Both the position numbers and the translations under genes were made by a program. A DNA stretch of 63,484 nt, counting the filler, from Intoshia linei (taxonomy: Eukaryota; Animalia; Orthonectida): the NCBI GenBank assembly GCA_001642005.1. It is 7 parts of 7 records of this genome, joined end to end, with 100 filler letters (N's around TTAATTAATTAA, not from the genome) between each part and the next. Parts side by side here need not be neighbours in the genome. Positions count along the whole stretch, not along the records: positions 50,325 to 63,484 come from LWCA01001031.1; 6 more parts are not named here. One strand, written 5' to 3'. Each line of letters starts with the position of its first letter. Position 1 is the stretch's first letter. This document shows positions 53,315 through 63,484 of this stretch, piece after piece. The notes below the pieces were generated by a model. That model worked only from the letters and a program-made list of their open reading frames with translations. It ran no database searches and was not told the DNA's origin.

Positions 53315-54280
53315 TTTTATTAATTTTCTTTAATTCAAGTTCAGATTTCAACTTGTAAGTTATTTTCAAAGTCACTAATTCAATCCTTAGTTTGATTCAT
53401 TACAATTTGTACAACCTAATTATTTAAATCAATAAATATCAGTTTATGTTGTTCGTTCAAAATGGCACTTGTTAAACAAGTCTTGTTGCATAATATATGT
53501 TAATAGTAATATGACATTGTAATGCAATGGTAGTATTATAATAAATATTCCTGGGATCGACAAAAAGATTCATATGGACCCTTGAATTTATGAAAAATAT
53601 TTCAGACCATAAAGGTTCGCGTAAATGGTTATGGTCCCATAAATCTATAAATCACACAATTATAAAAGTATTTCCCATGGAATGAAATTTATTACATACG
53701 CATTGTGTCGATTTCTGAAATTGATATCTTCACTATCAAAAAAATATGTTATCATAAAAACGACTAAATTTTTACACGTTTTGGCAGGATTCCAAAAGTC
53801 TAGCTTAGAATTTTTTTTTTTCAAAATATTTTATTAAAACAAAAAATGTGAAATAATTAAATGTCCGAAAATTAAGTTTTTTTCTCATAAGACTTCGTAA
53901 AATCGGATTTTTCAAAAAAATATCGATAAAAGTAGATTTTTCCAAGTGTTTTGTAATAGTATTTTTTATTAAATTTTATTAATGGTGAGATAAGTTTGAA
54001 TTTTTGAAATAACAATAATAGCGGTAATCTAGGCTTATATATTATAGCTTTGGGATAAATTACCAAAATCTGTAACTAATAAATATTAGAAATTCTTCCA
54101 TAAAAATAAACAAATATGATAATTTTTTTTTATATTTTTATTTGAATCTCATATAGTTTTGGACCCCAATCGGGAATCACGGGTCTAAATAAAAAAAATT
54201 TAAAATAAATTTTAATTTTAATATAATTTGAATGTACAATGGGTGATTTAACTACAAAATAATTGCAACTGTAAATAACA

Positions 54281-57200
54281 TCAATATTTGTTTAATATAT
54301 TTGGATATTCCTCCATAATGCGTAACGTAAGCTTTTCAATATACCGAATTAGAGCAGAATTTACATTTTTCAATTCAGCAAGCTCGGAGTGCTAAATATA
54401 GTAAATTATATTTAATTCAGCCCTACCAAATCTGTCAAAATTAAATGTAGTAATACAAACTGTATTGATCTATATATAAGTTAAGACAGAGTTTCCTAAA
54501 TGCCGGTCCGCAAAATAATTGTGAATTATAATTATTATTGTAATTTTTATTTTTAAATTTTTAAAGAACATTAAACATTTTCTACTACCATTGGCTCATT
54601 ATAATCATTTTAATACTGAATTTTCAAATCGCCCCGGATTTTATTTTGTTGAATATACTAGAACCGTTTCTTTTTATTTAAAAGTGAAATGTATCATGTG
54701 TATTACACATTGTAAATTTTTAAAAACGGGGCCCGTGGAATTTTTTGATATAAAAAAGTGACCTACGTAATGTAAAATATTGCAGACCCCTGATCAACAT
54801 TGTTATTATTAGTATATTTACATTATTAATATCAATAGTTTGTTCCATATCTTGTTTCAATGAAATATCTGTTATATTCTGGGAATCGAATCCCATTTTG
54901 TCGTTTATGGAATATATTTTTCCAAATAATTTTTCATTTTCACTCTCTAATACTTCTTTATCCTAAATGTTCTCAATTAATTTAAATTGTACAATTTAAA
55001 AAAATTACACATTGCAAAGTTTCATTAATTTCTTTAAGGGTATCAATCTTTTTAATATAATCTTGGCAATCGAGACAAATCTCATTAACTGAATTATTCA
55101 TAATGTCGTTAATCTAATTAATTAAAATATTAATACATAATGGTTTTCTACGATAAATTTATTGTTATCACAATTTTTTGATTCGATTTAATGATTTTCC
55201 GTCTTAGAAAATGCTTATTAAAATGAATGTATTTTAAAATTTTTGGGTTGATTTTATTTTTAAAAAATAAACCAGTTGGGTTGTTGACCCTGAAAGACTC
55301 AATTTCGGAAGATGAAACTTAAATATGGACATGACCCGCGAAACACTGTATTAAAAATTGGGTTTTTGTAATTTTACGATTTTAATTCTTTAAATAAACG
55401 GTAACACATACATTCCATTTTATACAAGTAAAGGATTACATCATGTTACAGACGCACAATTTGAAATTAAATTAAAATTACCCTCTTAACTTCATTAATT
55501 TTATTTTTCATTTCATTACTCAAATCGTTTTTTTCTTTAAGCATATTATGATTCTCAATTTCTAATTCAATGTTCCGTTCTTTATATTCAATTATGTCAT
55601 TATTTAATTCTTTATTTTTCTAGAATATAAGGGTGAGTACAAATATTAAATATTTATAAAATAAAACACCCAATTTACCTCTCGTAATGCTTCTATACAC
55701 TTCAAATTTTCCTTTTTAGATAAATTTAGTTCTGTTGTTTTATACTCCAAATCTAGAATACTAAAAATACAATTTCAAATGTTTTAATAAGGACATCCAA
55801 TCTTACTTATATAAAGTAAAAATTACTAAAAATATATCATAAAATAAAATGTAAATTAATTTATTGAGATAACTTTATAGTTTCATCAATGGCATTTTAC
55901 AATAAATAGTGTCGATAGTATATAACAGGGATTCCCAAAATGATTTGGTCTACCGCTTCCTTTTTAGAAATATATTTTTTCAACGCCTCCTTGAAAAAAA
56001 TTTCGATTACGCCGTATAATATTTATTACTGTGTCACTGTCTATCTCAGTGGATCCCAAAATGGCGATAAAAATCTACCCTTACAACCCAATAATTCATC
56101 AACACCCATTCTATACTATATTATTATATACTAGTACTATATAATATTTTTTTAAATCGCCCTCACTGAATTAATCGCCCCCCTGGGGGCAATATCACCC
56201 ACATTGGGAACCCATGGTGTATAATAACGAAAATAATACGTATTTCTTAGGTGTTTAAGTTCATATTCATAAGATTGTATGGAATCATTCTAAAATATAA
56301 AATTAATAATTTTATTTACAGTACTGTACACTTAATTAAGTACAATTTTATAAAATATACATATTTCAATTTTATAAAATGACACAGTAAAAGTTTAATT
56401 TGAGATTGTACAATGTACATAATATTAATTAAAATTAAAACTTATCATTTAACAATAAAAAAAATTAAATACATCATTAAAAAATATAATCTCCTGAAAC
56501 AATCATTAAATAAAAAAGATTAATAAAATATGTACGCATTTTTTTTCTTGTTCGTCAATAATACGAGATTCCAATAGATTCATTCTAAATAATTTTAAAT
56601 AATAATAACAAAAAATAAAAAAATCTACCTATCCATAATTTCACCATTTTGATTTTTAATTAAATACTGTTTAGAATCATTAGAACCTTGACGTTGTGTT
56701 AATTCATTCAATTGATTTTTAACGAGCTTTAACTGAATTAGTAATTAAAATAAAATTAATAATATCAACAATTACTTCGTCACTCAAATCATAAATGTCA
56801 TTTTCGACAATTAATTTAAATTGATTAGACACATTTGAAGGAATTTCTTTTTTAATATCTTTACAACTTTCGTTAGATTTGGTATATCGATGGAATGTGC
56901 TAAAGTTTACATTTACGATTATAATAATAACATGTATTAATAATGACAGTAATCATAAAACAATCATTAATAATATTGTAAATTACAAGCTACCCTGTAC
57001 ATTTAATGTACACAAAGGTTCTCCAAAAGTAGTGAAAATAACTTTGATTATATATTTTAGTGGTGGAATGAAAAATTACTTTGATTTATATCGACGGCTG
57101 TTTCTAAAATACAATATTAAATAATTAGCAAACTGTATTAAATTACGAATTAATTACATTAGATAATAATTTGTAATAATCAGGGGTCCTCACAAAATGA

Positions 57201-60200
57201 TGAAACAAAAAAATAATATATTCTGCCATTACACCAATTTGAACTGTTTTAATATCAAATGTAGCTTTCAAATTTACCTTCGATAAAATGAAGATTTATT
57301 AGAGTCTAATCCATCTTGGTTTATATCACTGTCAGAATCGGAAGAATGATTTTTTATATCTTGACTGTGAGTACTAATCATATTTTGACGTTTTTCAATT
57401 TCTAAATATTATTTAAAAAATGATTCACAAAATTTTGCGTAAAATAAAAATTTCAATATTAAAACACGTTTCAATCATTTTAAATAATTTTACAAGTTTT
57501 TTAACTATAATAACATCGCACATAAAATTATAGTGTATCAAAGCTACAATAATTGTATCAATGATGTTCAAATATTAATAAAATTTAATACAACATACAT
57601 GTATTGTAACATTACATTATATGTAAAATTAAAAAACGATGAAAAATCAAAATAAAATACAGTATTCATGTTTGTTGAATTCAATTTAATTTAAATTTGT
57701 ACCAATTTTCTACAAACTGCACAATGTGCTTAACAAAATGGTATCTAAAGACGAAATTCTAGCATTAATGAAATTAAATGAGCTCATTCACTAGTCTAAA
57801 AAATTTTGCTAGCTTGAAAATTTTACTGTCTAGATTATAGAATATGCATTTATTACATGTCATTTGTTTATCTTGTTAATAATTTAGGTCCTAAATTATT
57901 CTCCTAAATTTTAGGAGAATATTCTTAAACCCAATCATTTTTATTTAAATCCAACCATTTTTACTTAAATTTAACTATTTTTACTAAAAATCAAAATTTA
58001 CCAACCTTTAAATCCACTTTTACAAACCCCTTTAAAGAAAATTCCAGTTATACCAACCTTTAAGGGAAAAATCCCAATATTACCAACCCTTATGGGGAAA
58101 ACCCACTTTTATCAACCTTTAATGGAAAAATCGAGTTTTTATTTTTGAGTTATATCATCCACTACAGACCCAATTTAAAACTGAAATATTAAGATACCAT
58201 ATTATACCTACAAACCATATTACAAAAAAATTAGAAATATTCTATGGTGTTCACACCAAAAAATATTTTTTTATGAGAACAAATAGAATGTAATTATGGC
58301 AATAGTAGAGAATTGTAATATATTTTACAAAAGCATTTTTTGTCAGTTTCAATTTATACATAACATTCAATTTAAATACTGACAGTATATTTAAAGTACT
58401 GACAAAATAATTTTTTTTAATCACCTCCCAATTTAAATACTGACAATTCATTATTTATACTGACACCTAAAACACTGGCAATCCATTATATCAACTAAAA
58501 ATTCAATATTTCTACTGACAAACCATCTAAAATATTAACACTTTACGGATTAAAATATTGACGCGATTAATAATAATTAATAAATATTAGCCATTTTTAA
58601 TATAAAAATTTTATTTTTTTTTAAAAAGTTTTTTGTTTCATCATCAGTTTAAGTAAGTATTAAAGCGTTTATAACTTGTTTATCAATAATCTTTCTATTT
58701 GAGAACTTCATTTTGTTTCATTTGTGATATTGAGTTTTTATGGGATACTCCGCAATTCTGTAAAACTGGATTTTTGTCTTAAAGGTTGGTAAAACTAGAA
58801 TTTTCCTTTTAGGGTTGGTAAAACTGGATTTTTCCTGTTAGTGTTGGTAAATTTTGATTTTTAGTAAAAATGGTTGGATTTAAGTAGACACCCATAATTT
58901 AGATTTTTATTTTACTATGAAAATTTTGAGGTTTATTGTTGTTAATACGTAAGTCTAATATATGTTTATATTAATACGAGTAAAAATGTTAGATATCCCT
59001 ATATATCAGATGATACCCGTATTTTTTAATGTTAGTACTGAATTTATTAATATAAAAATTATTTTTTTAATATTTGTAAATTCAAACTTAAACACGTAAA
59101 TATAACCAAAATATATTATTATCTTTTTAAGTAGTATACGATGATTATGTTATTAACAATAAATGTAATATAATACAAAAAGTTATTTGGTGACAACATA
59201 AAATATATTATAACGTCATACTTTGCTTAATGAACCTTAATATAATTCTCAGAGTCAAAGTACTGAAATTAATATTACACTTGTATTTATTACAACCGCA
59301 TTGATTTGTATTTAAAATATAGAAATTGATTAATTGTGATATATAATATTATGTTTGTCTAGAATTTGTTTAAAAATGTTTCAGGTGTCATGTGACTCAT
59401 TCCGCTTTGTTAAACACTTTACATTGAGTATTTTACCTTCCATGTAGGTCCCACATTACGTATATGCAAACGCCCACCTTACGTTTCCATCAGTGTCAAG
59501 AATTGTGGTTCATAATTTAAATTATGTGAAAAATAAAATATCATGACACTTGCTAAATATTATGATAATAGTCTCTTTTACCAAAGGAAAAAATTGGTTT
59601 TGATAGTTTCAAATAGAACTGTCAGCGGCTTAGAATAAACGTATCATGAATAGGTTGTTAATTAGTTCATAAATTTATACTTCTATGATTAGTTACATTC
59701 ATTATTTACTGTATTAAAGTTTTGAAATTTTTTTTATTAAAAAAATTTTTCGAATGAATTGAAACATGAGTCAATTCATTTAACTGTTACAAATGTACTT
59801 TTTAATGTTACATAAATGGTTCATTGTACAATGTATTATACACTATTTATAAAATTAAAAAAATGCAAATCAATATTATAAAGTATACATTTTTATTGAT
59901 TAGCAGTTAAAAACTCATTAAAACACATTTCAAGTAAATAACTTAAATTAAATTACCATTAGATTCCAAAAATGTATCAATATGTATTTTGAATTTGTTA
60001 AAATAGATGCACCCACTAAAATAGATTGATAAATAAAAAATGATAAGTACCTATTTTCAGGATCCAAAAGTATAACAAGATTGGAAGTTATCTAAAAATT
60101 AACTAAAATTAACACTCCTCACGAGTCATAATAAAAATAAAATACATTCGAATCCAATTCATTTTTATCACACAAATTAGCATTGCAATAATTAGTAAAT

Positions 60201-60292
60201 TGATTAACAGTAAGATATCCCTTTTTTTCAGTATCACAAGATTCAAAAATGTGTTTAAGTTTATTAATGAGGTATCGCCGCCGAGTCGACAT
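54281..60292 (-). CDS. Rab11 family-interacting protein class II (FIP3/FIP4/Nuf-like), multi-exon
   Basis: N-terminal EF-hands (IFESCDTEKKGYLTVNQF; LDPENS|GCIYFNKF), central coiled-coil exons, C-terminal Rab11-binding motif NSALIRYIEKLTLRIMEEYPNIL. Missed entirely by the ORF track. Confidence 0.85.
55926..56216. mobile_element. hAT Charlie/Buster-type MITE with TSD
   Basis: Ends CAGGGATTCCCAA / TTGGGAACCCATG; 8-bp flanks GTATATAA / GTGTATAA (7/8 match, central TA). Confidence 0.8.
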
Positions 60293-62829
60293 TGATTCTT
60301 GTAAATTTTGAATATTTTGATTTTTTCAATTACAATTTGTATATTTTCCTAGTTGTCAAATTAAAAACTTTTAAATTTTAATCTGTTGAAAATTTTTCTT
60401 TGAATTACTATACCTTTCTGTAAATATTAAAAAGGCAAATATAATTTAAACATGGAAGTAAAATTTTGATTATATTCCAACTATTCTTTATTGGAATGAA
60501 AATAATTGATGCATAAATTACAAAAATTTACGACTCTAATAATACGTTGAGAAACGCTGTTATGATTGTTTTTCATACAATACATTGATTCAATTCCATG
60601 GTACGATATAGATTTCTAGTAATATTAATCTCACAAATAGTGTCTAATTTATATTACGCTTGTTTTTTTTGTATGGTAACAACATATTAAAGTTTTAATC
60701 GATAATATTGAGTTTATCAAAATTAATATACATGTATGTATTCGACTTTTTCGGCTTTTCGTTTTTTGTTGTCAATGAGTCATACTAGTACAAGCAGTAT
60801 CACTGCCGGATTTAGAAAAGACAAAGTAAGAGTCAAGTTGTAGGGAATTAATCGAATCTTAGTACAAAGTCTGTATTACAGACAATTAATACATCAATCC
60901 AATGTACAAACAATAATTAATAATACAGTACTTATATTTGACTGGTTTTATTGTTTTTTACTTTGTACAAACAGTTTTAATGGATTATTGAAAATATCAA
61001 ATCAGTTGATTGATGTTATACTTTTTTCAAAAATAATGTTTAATTTGGGGTTTTGGCGATAAAGATGTAAGTTTCTGACCTTCAGTATTACGACAATGTT
61101 AATGATTTTAAAACGCCACCATGCCTTGATTACTTTAATAATTTTTAAAAAAGCAACATTATCGTAAATTTCAACTTCCGAAACTTGCGTCTTCGTGGTC
61201 AAAACTCAAATTATCTTTATTAAAAAAAATGCTGCTAGTTTACATAATGTACATTATTATAGAGACTTAGAGAAATAGACAGTGATACTTCATTTCCTTT
61301 GTCATTTGGTAATTTAAATTAAATTAAATTACGTCTTTATGTAGTATGTAATATATTTATATTTTATTTAGATGAAAGTAGTTGCTTCTTATAAATCTTT
61401 TCTTGTACAATTATATAATTAACACTATAAATGTAAATAAATTTAAAGGCCATGACTATGTTATAATTTTTAAACAAAATTCTTGTGAATTTTTTTAATA
61501 TTTAATTTAAGGCTTGTATTTATCGCGTCAGTATTTTAATCCGTAAAGTGTCAGTATTTTAAATAGTTTGTCAGTAAAAATATTAAATTTTTTAGTGTTT
61601 TAGGTGCCAGTTGACAAGGTGTCAGTATAAATAATTTATTGTAAGTATTTAAATTGGAAGGGCAGTAAAAAAAATTATTTTTTCAGTACTTTAACTATAC
61701 TGTCAGTATATCCTTAACTATACAGTATATACTAACAAATATGTAATTGAATACTCACAAAATAATTTTATTACTGACATTTTAATATTTATACTGACAA
61801 TTTTTGTTCAAAATACTGAAAATTTTTTATTAAAATACTGAAAAATAAAATACTTACCTTAATTTAACTCATTTAAAAGAAACATTTATTATTTTAATTT
61901 CGATTATATACATTCTAGACAAATATCTATAGATTCTGTTGGTATATTGAATATATTTCAGAATCATTAAATAAAACAACCTGAGATTAAATAATTATAA
62001 TTAATATAATTATATTTAACCGGTAAAATATATAGTAGTGGTTATTTTAAGTTGTTCAATGTTATAAAATATTGTAATACTGAATTAAAGGCAAACGATC
62101 GAAATAGCGACGTTAATAACAGCGACTATTGCAAAAAGCATCATAAGTGTTGTTATGATTCATAACAGCGACTGTTGATAAATTTAATTCATTTTCGTAG
62201 TTAACATTTTCAAATTTCGGCTTGTAATAATTATAACTAATTTCATTGCATACATTTGACCTACTTTATATATTTAGTATATTAGATTCATTCTTATTAT
62301 TATTAGATTTTATAAAATCTTATAAAATAAATTGTTTTTTGATTATTTTTGTTCACGATCTAGAATTCATCCACTACAGACCCAAATTAAAACTGAAATA
62401 TTAAGATTAATTTTTTACCTATAAACCATATTACAAAAAAATTAAAAATATTCAATTATATATTCTAATTAAAAATACACAATATATGATGTTTTGTAGT
62501 GAATAATAGAGTTACGCTGTGAAAAAATGTCAATTATTGGTTATTATAATTATTATCAAGACGAAATTTGAAAATGTTAACTACGAAAATAAATTAAATT
62601 TATCAACAATAGTCACTGTTATTAACGTCGCTATTATGATCTTGCACCCAAACGTGCCAATGGCAATCAAAATATTGTAAACCAATATCGATATTGTAAT
62701 CTTCAATAAATTTAACTTAATGTCGTGTTTTATAAAACTTTTATCCATTCACTATTTATATAGTCATGTTTGTATTTGATAGTCATATTTGAATTTAATA
62801 TAGCCATTTTTTAAATTTAAAATTTAATT

Positions 62830-63484
62830 ATGCCAGGAAATACTATTCCTAATAGTCAAAAAGAACTTATAGTAAACAAAACCTTAGAGGGATTATCGAT
62901 TACATCGATATCCAGGATTCTATCGATTCCTAGAACATCTGTTTCAAACATAGTTCACAAATTTTTAAGGTAATATATAAATATTAAATCATAAAAAATA
63001 AGGACGGGAAATGCAATCTCTAGCCCACGGGGTGGAAATCGAATATCGATTTTAAACGAAGATCAAAAAAATAGTATCCGAACATGGGTTGATGAAAATT
63101 GCATACTCACCTTAAAACAAATTCAAACCCGTATTTCGGATGAATTTTCATTAGACATTAGCATCAGCTCAATTGACAGAATTTTAAAAAATTTCCACTA
63201 TAATTTAAAAGCACTCGTCCTTGTGCCTGTCGGTAGAAATTGCGAACGTACCATTATATCACGGTGCGAATATGCATGGATGTTTCGAGAGTTAATGATG
63301 TCAACTTCTCAAAAAAATATAGTAATTTATTTTTTATATAGTATTATTAGTATAATTAGATCTTTCTTGATTATGTCGGATTTTCTGTCGTAACTCGACC
63401 AAAAAAAGGAAGGTCTAGGATTGGAATATATCCGTATCTTGGTGTAGCTGCTGCTAGAAGTATATAGTATTGTAATGTTATAAT
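62830..63484 (+). mobile_element. IS630/Tc1-mariner transposase gene with spliceosomal mini-introns (runs off window)
   Basis: Exons 62830-62969, 63003-63321, 63360-63459: HTH ISRILSIPRTSVSNIVHKFLR|TG..PRGG, WVDENCILTLKQIQ..SISSIDRILKNFHYNLK..VPVGRN, IFLDYVGF..RPKKGRS. Confidence 0.88.

Overview
Very AT-rich, compact animal genome segment. Genes are split by many ~30-45 nt GT-AG introns plus a few kb-size introns filled with repeats, so the ORF track fragments almost every gene. Six 100-bp N/TTAATTAATTAA/N blocks are artificial gap linkers. Spliced genes rebuilt by eye: a ZIP zinc transporter, a DRAK/STK17-like kinase, a divergent tetraspanin, B9D1, PPT1, partial NHP2, SLC25A10 and Rab11-FIP3/4. 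There is also a PRMT1-like pseudogene and an isolated cbEGF exon. Mobile DNA includes an abundant non-autonomous Helitron family, hAT and pogo MITEs, a decayed Ty3/gypsy element, a CR1/L2-type LINE 3' end, a Chapaev/Transib-like fragment and an IS630/Tc1 transposase carrying host-type mini-introns. The most striking feature is an ~11-kb, ~28-exon gene of mostly phase-1 CXXC/furin-like repeat exons ending in a Ly6/uPAR (three-finger) domain and a GPI-type tail, with a signal-peptide-bearing relative 7 kb downstream: a candidate VSP-like surface-antigen family. A ciliary gene, metazoan genes and tiny introns would fit an orthonectid such as Intoshia (inference only). All gene models are manual and unverified by transcripts.
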